Source: an uncultured Candidatus Binatia bacterium (GTDB lineage Bacteria; Desulfobacterota; Binatia; Bin18). From it: DNA of 64,000 bases. This document shows, piece by piece, positions 40,991 to 51,086 of this stretch (position 1 is the stretch's first letter; every line of letters begins with the position of its first letter). The notes under the pieces were generated by a model, which did no database searches, had not been told where the DNA came from, and saw nothing but the letters and a program-made list of their open reading frames with translations. The stretch is from NCBI GenBank assembly GCA_965214605.1, contig OZ243961.1:2976001-3040000 (forward strand). Reading direction: 5' to 3'. The translations under genes were made by a program, and so were the position numbers.

Positions 40991-41704
40991 GAGACGGCGG
41001 CGTGATCTGAGTGCATGAGCCCTTCCAGGGGAGAAGAGGCAGATAGGCGCGGCCGCGCCTTAAGGGTGCACCACATAAGCCGCTTATCTCCGTGCTGCTA
41101 GGTGGGGTGCCAAAGGGACGCAGTAGGCTGAAGCCGAGCCTTGTCCAGGAAGACGGATATCGGCGGCCTCTTCTTCAACTTGCTGCGGGTAACATCGAAG
41201 AGGCTGCTCTCCGCGAGTTTTACGATATCCCCTTCCGGTAATGCGAAGAAGGCCAATTTGTGCCTACCCCCGAGCATCACAAAGAGACCGGGCGGAAAAC
41301 TCTGAATGCTGTTGTCGGAAGCTCGTGCAGGAGCAGCTGTATACCACCACAGCGCTCCTGGTTTCGCCAGCACAGCGGTAAAGACGGGCGCGGATGCGGC
41401 AAGAGTCTGAGAGGGAGCACGATGGCGGCGTTCCCTCTACCGCCCTCTTCCCGCTCTTATCTTCTTCGAATCAGGGGGATTCCAATACGGCTCCAGAGGG
41501 CAAGGGAGATGCAGAAACCTTGCTGAAATGGGCCTTCACGGCCTCCGCGCTTGTGTTCAGCGTCGCCAGATACGCCCCCACCCCGCCCAGATCACCCGGT
41601 TGCTCGGCCGGCGGTCGTACCGCTTCCCAACAGGGTATGGCCCACTTCTCCGGGGTGGTTCATTCTGGCGGGGGACGGAAGAGGCGATGCGGTGGTTCCG
41701 ATCA

Positions 41705-44265
41705 TCAGGGAATAATCACGAAGTTCTGGAGGGCCTCTTCCCATGCAAGCGTGGTGGCCTCCCCTGGGCGGGGGAAGTCCGGGACGTTCACCGTCCGGCG
41801 CACTCCCCGCAGGAAGGTCTCCCCAAGCGTCGTTATCCGCACCGTGGTCCGGGCAAACTCCACCCCATCGGCCAGCGCCCGCACCGAATACGTGCCAGGG
41901 CCCAACTCGTTCCAGTTCAGCAGCAGGCTGAAGTTGGTGTGGCTAGCACCGCAAACCCTCCGGGTGTCTCCCCGGGGTGTGCCATAGGCCGCCTGCACCG
42001 GGAGGCCTCCCAGTTCCACGACGATATCCCACCCCGAGAGGAGCCCAATCCCGCTCTGGAACGATCCTAGGGACGGGTTTTCCAGACGAGCGTGGGGCGG
42101 CGGGACAACATTCTGAGGAGAAGACGGCCACGTCATCGATATACCAACCATCTGCCGTCTGAGCCGTGGCGGACCATAGAACAAAAACGAGGCGTATGCG
42201 TTCCCCAACGACATGACTTAAGTCAACAGCAGTCTATGTCCAGGTGGGCTGAGTACCGAGGATGGTTCTGAGATGTTCCTCCGCCCACCAGCTTCCACCC
42301 TTACGTTGCCGTGCAACCCACACGCTGCCCTCATCGTCACGGGCAAAGCCGTACCGATGCCAGAAGGTCAGGGTGGCGACATTGACCCCGGTCAGGTCGA
42401 TGACTAGAGACACAAGATGAACGGCCTGATCAGGCGGATGATTCCCACGCGGGCTGTCCGTCCAGGCTCATCTCCCACTTCGGGCGGACGCCGTGCTTAA
42501 CGCCCAGGGCCGCTCCCCCGACCACCACCCACGGGGGCCGCTCTCCATATCATCGGCAAACAACACCTCATCAGCTCCGGCCTGTGTCCCCGTCCACCCT
42601 CCGATGGTGGGGGCCAGTCCGAGCGGAAGAACGGGAATTCCTCTGCACCGTATAGCTGACGCTCCCCGCACTACGGCCGCTGGCTCTTGACGTGACGCGA
42701 AGCCACGCCGGGTGGCTCACGGTCGCCCACTCGCAATCCCTCCCGCCTCGCCCTGGACGCGGGCGCGGTCAGGACTCGGGCCGAGGAAATCGGCGGACGC
42801 AGACAGAAAAGCGATCCCACTCCTGCACGTGGTCCGGGCGGCGCGAATAGTCACCCGGTAGCCGCTGGCGGTGGCGGCGACGATGGAGAGCTGGACGGCG
42901 TTTTCCGAGTCCCTCAAGCTCTCGCCTTGCGTCTACGTCGCCCCGTCATCGTTCGGGTCGCCATTGTTGTCCACGTCAACGACTTGGGCCTGCCGGTCGG
43001 CCAACCTCGTGTCTACTTTATGGAGGAGAATCCCTTCCTCGGGGATGGCCTCATCGTAGCCGGCAAACAGACGGGCCTCGACTGTGTAGAAGTCAGGCGG
43101 CGCCTCCCCAATCGGGATCTCGGCCATCAGGTAGTCCGCCGCCCCGGGCTGGGCCAGGCGTTCGAGCGTGAGGGGCGTGTTGGGCAAGGCGACATACTGC
43201 CGGTCCGCCGGAAGCCAATCCAGAAAGTCTGTGTGGTAGGCGATGGTGTGTAATGCTACGCTACCATACTCGGGATGAGGCAATGTCAATGCCCCGCTTC
43301 CCATGACATCCCACTGAGAGTCGTACGTCTCCTCATACAGACCCGAAGAATGCAGCAAGCCCAAAGCGTGGCCTATCTCGTGCGCCCAGACATCCTGATG
43401 ATGAGCGTTTGGAGGTATCCATCCATGTCACGCCCTAGAATCTCGTGAGCCCATCCGACGTCATGAAGCAGGAGTCTCCAAAGCCGAAGTTCACAAGAGG
43501 GGGATCAAAATCCCGGTTAAAACCCAGCAAAATCAGGGAAGAAGACATCTGCATCTGCGGCGGCCGCGCAATCTGTGGCTATTTTGTTGATATCATAATC
43601 ATAGTAGCCTTCGTCTCTCTCTAGGGGAGCAAGGTGAGAAGTAGCGTCGTACAATTGTGGCTGGGGCAGGTCGTACCAGCCCACCACGAGGCTACCACTC
43701 CAGTCGACGAGCCCGGCGGAGACCTCTCGCCAATAATGGACCAGGATAGGCCGTCCCCATCAGCCGCTCATCATGGCTGACCAGATGCGGGGTGATATCT
43801 GTCGCATCCGCAAAACGGCACAGAAGGGCCCCCCACGCCTGGAAACCAGTCACGCCGCCCGGAGAGACGAGGCCGCTGGGAGGGGCTCCGCCCGGAGACG
43901 ATTCACGGGCCAAGCGCCTGCTCGGTAAGGCCGTCGCCGGTGCGAGAGAGTTGACGCGCAAGCGCGGAGGACCGGCAGGCTCTAGCTCCGCCCACCGTGA
44001 CCCGTTGGCGGTTCACAGCCACCGGGCCGCCGAGTGGCTGCAGGAGGGCCACGTCAAGGAACAGTTCGCGCTTCTCGCCCGAGTCTTCGGTCAGGACGTT
44101 AGGTCATGGCAGAGGGGTGGCCGGATTCAGACGGACAATCCGTAACAATTATGCTGACCTAGCCGCTGAGGAACTGCTGCTGGGCGGGCGGAGCGGAGAG
44201 CCGCCCCGTGCTCAGCAGGAACAGGACCACCTCGCTCTTCTCTTTTCGCCAAACCAGCCCCGCAT
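41705..44265 (-). pseudogene. Large secreted zinc metalloprotease (M6/InhA-like) relic with C-terminal SFQSGIG domain
   Basis: AAGGAGAGG RBS before ATG 44265; LCRFAD; WAHEIGHALGLLHS (HExxH) near 43350-43390; YDSQWDVMG; LENPSLGSFQSGIGLLSGW; many frameshifts. Confidence 0.75.
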
Positions 44266-44939
44266 CTTTTCCTCTCCTTATTTGCAAAGCGCAGGAGGGA
44301 CAATGCTGCCCTCGCTTGGCTTTTAGCCCCTCTCTCCCCGCCAGTCCACTCCTCCTTGCTGTGGCCGCCGCCCCCGGCGGGGGCGGACGGGCTTGGGGGT
44401 GGGCCGCATCTACCTCCTTTTCCCGTGCGGGGGAGCAGCGACGGCTGAGCCGCCGGGCGGGCGGCTCTGGACCAGAGACAGCGGGCTTGAGACACGAATC
44501 CCTGCTGGGTAAAAGAGGTTCATTGGAAATGCTCTTTCAGGGAAGGCTGCGGCCAACCCTCAGGACTCCGACAGCTCGACTCTATGACTGATCGTCTTAT
44601 CGCTTACGGCATCCCGTGACGGTACGGGAGCCCTCGACTGGTGGTAGGCCCTCCAGAACTCCGTGCCAGCCCTGCTCTGGTAGTGCGGTCTGAGACTGTA
44701 AGTGGCTGGGGCGGAGAGCTGGAGTGGGTGGGCGGCTCCGTTTTCTCTTTGGAGATACCAGGGCGGCGTTGGTGCCCCCTGTCCGACCAAACGGGGGAGC
44801 TGTGAGATCCCCAACCAAGCTCCCGCAGCGGGGGGCAATCAGCGTGTAGCGGGTCAGCGGCCTCGTTCTGACGGGCGTGTTGCTTTGATTCGCTCGCGGA
44901 GCTCTTCAACCACGACTCGTAAACTTTCCAGGGATATCT

Positions 44940-45236
44940 CTACTCTTTCTGGTCGGCCAGGGCATCCATTTTCTCAGCCAGCTCAAAGTCAAGCTGACTG
45001 ATGCCGCCTACATCGTGGGTAGCCAGATCGACTCTGACGGTGTTGTAGACGTTGAACCATTCGGGGTGATGGTTCATGGCTTCGGCGACCAGAGCAACGC
45101 TGGCCATAAAGCCGAAAGCCCCGACAAAATCTTGAAACTTGTACTCACGGTGGAGCTTGCCCTCAATCACCGCCCAGCCGGGACGATCCGCCAGGGCAGT
45201 TTGAATCTCGGTGTCTGAAAGTCTGCGTCGTGCCAT
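44940..45236 (-). CDS. phhB: Pterin-4-alpha-carbinolamine dehydratase
   Basis: AEAMNHHPEWFNVYN and THDVGGISQLD motifs. Confidence 0.95.
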   Translation of the reverse strand: MARRRLSDTEIQTALADRPGWAVIEGKLHREYKFQDFVGAFGFMASVALVAEAMNHHPEWFNVYNTVRVDLATHDVGGISQLDFELAEKMDALADQKE

Positions 45237-45333
45237 AACTGCCTCCTTTTGGGTATCGGGACTCTAACCTGACATAATCTTGACAGCCAGACAATAAGAG
45301 TGCCAGACTAGACAGTTGGAAAAGGAGGGGAAC

Positions 45334-46425
45334 ATGGCCCAAGCAGTCTCCCTACAGTCCCCGCGCCTTGAAGCCCAGCAGGACGACCTGATCGAAGACT
45401 TATTTGCCCGGGGTGTGACCGACGGACTGCCGGTCGTGCCGCCGACCGAAGAGCGGGTAGACGCCATGCTCAGCACGGTGGAGCGCGGGTCCCAAGAGAT
45501 ACTCGGAATGGTCGGACCCAACTACGGTCCGGCGACCCTAGAAAAAGTCGCGATTAACGCGGTCATGGCCGGCTGCCATTCGAGTTACTTCCCGGTGGTC
45601 GTGGCCGCGGTGGAGGCCATGTGCGAGGAACAGTTTGCCCTACACGCCATTAATGTAACGACCTTCTCGGCCACCCCGCTGACGATTATTAACGGCCCGA
45701 TCCGCCGTCAGATCGGGGTCAACTGCGGCCATAACGCCCTCGGCCACGGCTTTCGGGCCAACGCCACAATTGGCCGGGCGATTCGTCTGATTATTCTGAA
45801 TATCGGCGGCGCCAAGCCGCAGGAGATCTGTAAAGCGACCCTCGGTCATCCCGCCCAGTTCACATTCTGTGTGGGCGAAGACGAAGAGGAGAGCCCCTGG
45901 GAGCCACTGCACGTTGAGCGCGGCTTTCGGCCTGACCAGAGTACTGTCACCCTATTTGGTGGCCACTCACCATTTCAGATCAGTGACCACGCCAGCCGGA
46001 CGGCCGAGCAACTCGCCCTGTCCCTAGGCTGGACGATGACCTCGGTCTGGAATCATAAAAACTTTCCGGTCTTTTCCGATACAGCGCTCATCCTGGGACC
46101 GGAGCACGCTAAGACCTTTGCCCAAGACGGCTGGTCAAAGAACGATATTCGGCAGTTTCTCTTTGACAAGATTCGGCGTCCGTACCGAGAACTCCGAGCT
46201 GGTGTCAACGGGGGAGAGGGGGCTGGCGTCAGCATGCTCAGAGGGGTCAATGCCAGCACCGAACCACCGACCGACGACACCCTCTACCCCAAGTTTCCCA
46301 AGCCCGAGAGCATTCTCATCCTTGTCGCCGGTGGCACGGCCGGCCGTTTTTCCGCGGCCGTGCCCGGCCTCGTTCGCGGCAGCTCGGGCAGCACCATCAC
46401 CACAAAAGAAATTCAGCCCGCATAA
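45334..46425 (+). CDS. Conserved protein normally partnered with UGSC-family (seleno)proteins
   Basis: TDGLPVVPPTEERV, EKVAINAVMAGC, RANATIGRA and ESPWEPLHVERGF motifs; AAGGAGG RBS. Confidence 0.85.
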   Translation: MAQAVSLQSPRLEAQQDDLIEDLFARGVTDGLPVVPPTEERVDAMLSTVERGSQEILGMVGPNYGPATLEKVAINAVMAGCHSSYFPVVVAAVEAMCEEQFALHAINVTTFSATPLTIINGPIRRQIGVNCGHNALGHGFRANATIGRAIRLIILNIGGAKPQEICKATLGHPAQFTFCVGEDEEESPWEPLHVERGFRPDQSTVTLFGGHSPFQISDHASRTAEQLALSLGWTMTSVWNHKNFPVFSDTALILGPEHAKTFAQDGWSKNDIRQFLFDKIRRPYRELRAGVNGGEGAGVSMLRGVNASTEPPTDDTLYPKFPKPESILILVAGGTAGRFSAAVPGLVRGSSGSTITTKEIQPA

Positions 46426-46435
46426 GGAGGATCGT

Positions 46436-46978
46436 ATGACACGTTTACTAGACCCGACCTCTCAGGTCGAACGCAACGCCATAGAGCTTGCCCCGCGACT
46501 AGAGACCTTGGCCGGGACAACGATCGGCCTGCTCGATATTAACAAGGCCAAAGGCGAATTTTTCCTGGACCGTTTGGAAGAAGTCCTGCGCCAGCAGTAC
46601 GGGGTCAAGGAGGTCTTACGCCGCCGCAAAGTCACCCCGGGCCGAACCGTTCCGGTTGAGGTCAAACAGGAGTTGCAAGAGAGGTGCGACGCGGTCATTG
46701 AAGCCCTCAGCGATTGAGGAGCCTGCATTTCGTGCAGTTCGCACGATGTCGTGGGTTTTGAAGAAAACGGAATTCCGACCGCTAATGTTGCAACCACCGA
46801 GTTTCTGACCGCCGCCCACGCCCAGTGTTCCGCTCTGGGTCTCCCCCGGTACGAGCCAGTCCTGGTTCCCCATCCGATTCAGCCCAAGCTGCCCGAAGAG
46901 GTCCGTGCGCTCGTGGACGGGGTGGTTGACCAGATTGTGGCCAAGCTGCTGAGAGCCAAAGAGCGGCAGGCAGCGTAA
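46436..46978 (+). CDS. UGSC-family selenoprotein (in-frame TGA 46715-46717 = Sec; D-U-G-A-C-I-S-C)
   Basis: ORF-track pieces 46118-46717 and 46751-46978 are in the same frame, separated only by TGA; TAAGGAGG RBS; SECIS-like hairpin follows. Confidence 0.88.
46718..46759 (+). promoter_or_regulatory. Candidate bacterial SECIS element
   Basis: Stem (T)CGTGC/GCACG(A) with loop AGTTC (G at second position, followed by T) starting 19 nt after the UGA; lower stem GCAT/ATGT. Confidence 0.7.
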
Positions 46979-47000
46979 TACCGCCGTATAAGAGAGACCG

Positions 47001-47906
47001 GTGCCGACCATCATTGCCACTGACCTCGCCTTCCCCGAGGGGCCGGTGTGGACGGCCGACGGCAGTCTGTACATCACCGAGATCGGGGCCGGGCAGCTCC
47101 GCAAGATTGATGCAGACGGCCAATCATCCGTGTTTGCCAAACCGGGCGGTGGACCAAATGGGGCTGCACGCGGTCCGGACGGCGCCCTGTATGTGACCAA
47201 CAACGGCGGGTTCTCGTGGCACAACGGTCTACCGGTCGGACCGGCTGCGGACTATGAGACCGGTCGGATTGAACGGATTGATCAGACCGGCGCGGTCCAA
47301 CGGCTGTATACCGAGTGTGATGGGACGCGCCTGAGTGCCCCCAACGATCTGGTCTTTGACGCCGAGGGGAATTTCTACTTCACCGACCCGATCCAGCGCG
47401 ACCCTGCGGTCCGTGAGCCTCTCAACCGGCCGACCTCGCGGCCTGGACAGGTCTACTATGCCAGCCCCGACGGGAGCTTCATCCGTCGGGTGGCCGGCCC
47501 CCTCCAGCATCCAAACGGTATTGGCATCAGCCCGGACGGTACAACGCTCCTGGTTGCCGAGACCTTTGCCGCCGCGGTGTGCGCGTTTCCCATTCTCGGA
47601 CCCGGCCAGTTGGGCCAGCGGCGGCCGTTTGGCAGCCTGCCCCAGGGCTATCATCCGGACGGTTTTTGTCTGGATGAGGACGGCTATGCGTTGGTGTGTG
47701 GAGTGCTAGGCGGTGGCATTGTCGTCTTTGATCCAAACGGCAAACAGGCCGAGGTGCTGGCCTGTGAGGATAGAGCCGTCACCAACGTTGCGTTTGGCGG
47801 ACCCGAGTATACAACGCTCTACATTACCGAGTCCGGCCTGGGCCGAGTGGTGACACGACCCTGGCGACGGCGGGGACTCGTATTGTTCTCTGATCGAACG
47901 GCCTGA
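47001..47906 (+). CDS. SMP-30/gluconolactonase/LRE family protein
   Basis: FPEGPVW, PNDLVFD, PNGIGISPDG and PDGFCLD motifs. Confidence 0.92.
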   Translation: MPTIIATDLAFPEGPVWTADGSLYITEIGAGQLRKIDADGQSSVFAKPGGGPNGAARGPDGALYVTNNGGFSWHNGLPVGPAADYETGRIERIDQTGAVQRLYTECDGTRLSAPNDLVFDAEGNFYFTDPIQRDPAVREPLNRPTSRPGQVYYASPDGSFIRRVAGPLQHPNGIGISPDGTTLLVAETFAAAVCAFPILGPGQLGQRRPFGSLPQGYHPDGFCLDEDGYALVCGVLGGGIVVFDPNGKQAEVLACEDRAVTNVAFGGPEYTTLYITESGLGRVVTRPWRRRGLVLFSDRTA

Positions 47907-47914
47907 GCTTGACG

Positions 47915-48316
47915 TCAGCCCCGGACCCGCTTCATTTCTTCGGTCAGCGGAGCAATGGTCTTGGCGTCAAAATAGTCGTTCCAGCTGCAGATCTTGCCCT
48001 CGCTATTAAATTCAAACCGACCGACCACCGGCAGCTTAACGGTGACATTGCCAACGGCCCAGGTTTCGAGCCGTTCGTTCATCACGGTGTTGCCGGATGA
48101 GGTGGTGTGCTTGATGTCCATCTTCTCCAAGATGTTCTTGTCGCCCTCAATAAAGCTGTCCAACACCTGGCGCACCCCGGCGTGGCCGGTCACCGGCTCC
48201 CAGGGTATATTGTGATAGCTGACGTCCTCAGACAGATATTGTACGCTCTTGGCTAGCTCACCGTCCTCCAGAGACAGACAGAAATCCGTCACCTTTTTTT
48301 CATTCTCTGCGCTCAT
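47915..48316 (-). CDS. Limonene-1,2-epoxide hydrolase / NTF2-like protein
   Basis: YHNIPWEPVTG, VMNER and GKICSWNDYFD motifs. Confidence 0.88.
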   Translation of the reverse strand: MSAENEKKVTDFCLSLEDGELAKSVQYLSEDVSYHNIPWEPVTGHAGVRQVLDSFIEGDKNILEKMDIKHTTSSGNTVMNERLETWAVGNVTVKLPVVGRFEFNSEGKICSWNDYFDAKTIAPLTEEMKRVRG

Positions 48317-48344
48317 ACGATCCTCCTTGTTCTATGTCTCATCC

Positions 48345-49082
48345 TCACGGAGAGGTCTCACCACTGCCCTTCTCCTGGACCTGACGCAGGGTGCCGTAGG
48401 TGCCGGTCTGGGAGCCGATCCACACCTGTCCCCCCTCGTACAGTTCTTTCTTCCAGATCGGAACGGTCTCTTTGAGGGTGTTGATGGCATAGTGGCAGGC
48501 CTCAAACGCCGCGTGGCGGTGGCTTGAGGAGACCGCAATCGCCACGCTGGCCTGGCCAATATCGACCCTGCCGAGGCGGTGAATCAGGGCAATTTTGAGA
48601 ACCGGCCAGCGCTCCAAGACCTGCTGGCCAATTTTGGTCATTTCTTTTTCAGCCATACCCGGATAGCATTCGTACTCTAGACGAATGACCCGGCGGCCCT
48701 CATTGGTATTGCGGGTTGTGCCCACAAAGCTGGCCAGTGCGCCCGCGCCCGGGTCAGCCACAAAGTCGCTCAGCTCCTGCATATCGATTGGGTCTTGGGT
48801 GATCTTAGATAAGATGCGGGTATGGTCTTGCAGCATAGCGCCTCCACTCACTGGTGGGATAAAGGCAAGCTCGTCATTGTCTTGAAGACGGTGATCCTTG
48901 TCAACGTAGTTCTGGGCTACGGCAAAGGCGATCGAACGCTCAAGTTCGGCCAGCTCAGGTTGCTCTTGGGTCAGCAGCTCCCACACCCGCCCCACGCTTG
49001 TCCCGTCGGGAAGCTCGCGGGTTTCTTGGGTTTTGCCAAGCCGTTCGCGCAGCGAGGCAAAATAGCGCAGTTTAATGCGCAT
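48345..49082 (-). CDS. Fused molybdopterin synthase MoaD-MoaE (MoaX-like)
   Basis: MoaD part (YFASLRE...IPPVSGG) runs in frame into MoaE part (FVGTTRN, HRLG, HRHAAF, VPIWKKE). Confidence 0.93.
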   Translation of the reverse strand: MRIKLRYFASLRERLGKTQETRELPDGTSVGRVWELLTQEQPELAELERSIAFAVAQNYVDKDHRLQDNDELAFIPPVSGGAMLQDHTRILSKITQDPIDMQELSDFVADPGAGALASFVGTTRNTNEGRRVIRLEYECYPGMAEKEMTKIGQQVLERWPVLKIALIHRLGRVDIGQASVAIAVSSSHRHAAFEACHYAINTLKETVPIWKKELYEGGQVWIGSQTGTYGTLRQVQEKGSGETSP

Positions 49083-49590
49083 GGCGCTCTCCCCGGAGGA
49101 CAAACAGCATATGGCCGAGCTCGGGCAAGACGAGCTTGGTCATCGCCAACTCAACCGCGCCGGTCGAGCCCGGCAACGAAATAATGACTTTTCCCTGGGC
49201 CACGCCGGCAGTGGCTCTGGTCAGCATGGCGGCCGAACCAATATCCTCATAACTCAGCATCCGAAACATTTCGCCAAAGCCGGGAATTTCTTTTTCCAAC
49301 AGGCCCTGAATCGCCTCAAAGGTGGTATCGCGCGGCGCAATACCGGTCCCGCCGTTGGTCACAATGACGTCTACGTCGGGCCGGGCCAGCAACACCTCGA
49401 CCGCCGCCGTGATCTGGTCTGGCTCATCTTTAAGAATCTGGTAGGAGACCACCGGCTGCTCGTGCTCAGCCAACAGGGTTTTGATGCGTTGACCACTGGT
49501 GTCGGTGGTGACGTCACGGGTATCGCTGAGGGTGATAATCGCGCAGCGGGCCGTGCGGTGGGCCTTGTTTTTATGTTCGTGAACCGCCAT
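49072..49590 (-). CDS. moaB: Molybdenum cofactor biosynthesis protein MoaB/MogA
   Basis: TLSDTR, NGGTGIAPRDTT, IPGFGE and LPGS motifs. Confidence 0.9.
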   Translation of the reverse strand: MAVHEHKNKAHRTARCAIITLSDTRDVTTDTSGQRIKTLLAEHEQPVVSYQILKDEPDQITAAVEVLLARPDVDVIVTNGGTGIAPRDTTFEAIQGLLEKEIPGFGEMFRMLSYEDIGSAAMLTRATAGVAQGKVIISLPGSTGAVELAMTKLVLPELGHMLFVLRGERHAH

Positions 49591-49685
49591 AGCAGTATCC
49601 TGTTGGTTAAGAGTAGTCAGCCCCGGAGAGCACCCTCATCCTATAGCGTTCGCCAACACTCTCGCAACCCTGTGGAGGAAGACCC

Positions 49686-50036
49686 GTGGCCCTTATGATT
49701 AGAAAACTCGATCAGCAGCGACACGAACTCAAAGCCCTACGCTATCTGCTGGAATACCATCCCGACAGCCTCCAAGATCGTGAGGCGCTCCCCAAGCGAG
49801 CCGATTTTCAGATTGCTGACTGTCAGCAGATCTACGACGTCCTTGTGGCGAGCAAGACCCAGCACGAAGCCATCCAAGCCATTCAAGCCCTAGAGGATCT
49901 GGAAGACACCGAAGTCGAGTCGTTTTTACGGCTTGGCGGACAGTTCTATCATGCCTATCCCGGTCTGGTAAAAAACCGTGGCCAGGAGTTCCGAGACGGA
50001 ACACTGCAGCTGATCAATCCCGGTGAAGACGAGTAG
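49686..50036 (+). CDS. Hypothetical protein
   Basis: 116 aa ORF with GGAGG RBS, filling the gap between oppositely oriented genes. Confidence 0.6.
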   Translation: MALMIRKLDQQRHELKALRYLLEYHPDSLQDREALPKRADFQIADCQQIYDVLVASKTQHEAIQAIQALEDLEDTEVESFLRLGGQFYHAYPGLVKNRGQEFRDGTLQLINPGEDE

Positions 50037-50054
50037 GCGCCAGTCCCCCTCCCC

Positions 50055-50978
50055 CTACGACACCGGGATATACGATCCCTCAGGTGCCAAGCCGGCACAT
50101 TCTTTGGGGTGTAGAATCTCGGCCAGCAGCTCGACACTTTCCACAATGCGCGGACCCGGCCGGTTAAAATAGGCGTTCCCATCGGCAATATACACCCGCC
50201 CGGCCTCAACCGCCGGCAGTCGCTGCCAGTCGGGATGGGCTCTCAGCGCTGCCAGCTCGGCCTGTGACTGGGCAATCTTAAAGCCGCACGGCATGACGAC
50301 AATCACCTCCGGCTGTGCCTCAAGCAGGGCGTCCCAGCTCAGCGCCGGGCTGTCAGTGCCGGCTGCGGCCAAGTGGTATGTCCCGCCGGCAATCTCGACC
50401 ATCTCAGGAATCCAGTTCCCGGCGGCCATCAGCGGGTCGAGCCACTCCAGACCCGCTACCCGTGGGCGTTCGAGATGACGGGTCTGCTGCTCGACTTTCC
50501 AGACCCGCTTCTTGAGCGTGGGCAAGAGGTCCCCAGCGTGATTGTCCTGACCAAGGGCTTGGGCTAGGCGCTCCATATCGTACCAGATATCCCCCAAGCG
50601 TTGCGGGCTGAGCGACACAAGGGTGACATCTGAGGACAGCAAAGACCCCACCGCCCCCTCCACCTCGGAGAGCGATACGGCACACACCTCACACTGGTCT
50701 TGGGTGACAATCAGGTCTGGCTTGAGATCCTGGAGGAGGGCGGTTTTCATCCGATAGACACTCAGGCCGTCCTGGACGAGTTGTCGGACACGGGTGTCAA
50801 TCTCACGGCTCGTCCCGGTTGGGTCGAGCTTGGGCTCGGTCAGAACCGGCAAACCCACCACATCCGCCGGGTAATCGCACTCGTGCGACACGCCGACCAA
50901 ACGCTCACGAAACCCGAGGGCGCACACCATTTCGGTGCTGCTCGGGAGCAGGGAGACAATCCGTTTGGGCTCAGACAT
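50055..50978 (-). CDS. Cobalamin/Fe-siderophore ABC substrate-binding protein (BtuF-like)
   Basis: RIVSLLPSSTE, GVSHECDYP, TQDQCEVCAV and YFNRPGPRIV motifs. Confidence 0.88.
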   Translation of the reverse strand: MSEPKRIVSLLPSSTEMVCALGFRERLVGVSHECDYPADVVGLPVLTEPKLDPTGTSREIDTRVRQLVQDGLSVYRMKTALLQDLKPDLIVTQDQCEVCAVSLSEVEGAVGSLLSSDVTLVSLSPQRLGDIWYDMERLAQALGQDNHAGDLLPTLKKRVWKVEQQTRHLERPRVAGLEWLDPLMAAGNWIPEMVEIAGGTYHLAAAGTDSPALSWDALLEAQPEVIVVMPCGFKIAQSQAELAALRAHPDWQRLPAVEAGRVYIADGNAYFNRPGPRIVESVELLAEILHPKECAGLAPEGSYIPVS

Positions 50979-51086
50979 GCGCCGTCCTCTCTGCTGACAT
51001 TTCAATCGGGTTCAGTCTACCATTGCCCCGCCTGGGCCGCAATGAAGCCCTTGCCCTCGCTGTGCAGACTCGCTACAAAAATCCTA

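Larger units (their letters stand above)
33517..44900. mobile_element. Decayed defence/plasmid-derived genomic island
   Basis: About 11 kb consisting almost entirely of pseudogenes of defence, TA, mob and rep genes between intact core genes; no integrase, tRNA or att repeat seen. Confidence 0.7.

Noticed and set aside
41098-41373. 91 aa - strand ORF in the island
   Set aside because: No credible start or motif; may be a gene fragment but cannot be assigned
44300-44939. Right end of the island as a tRNA/att site, or a DUF86 toxin tail (EISLESLRVVVEELRERI, - strand)
   Set aside because: No cloverleaf or flanking direct repeat found; the peptide is too short to assign
50700-51086. 130 aa N-terminal extension of MiaB in the ORF track
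   Set aside because: Overlaps the btuF-like gene on the opposite strand; MiaB similarity begins at ATG 51087
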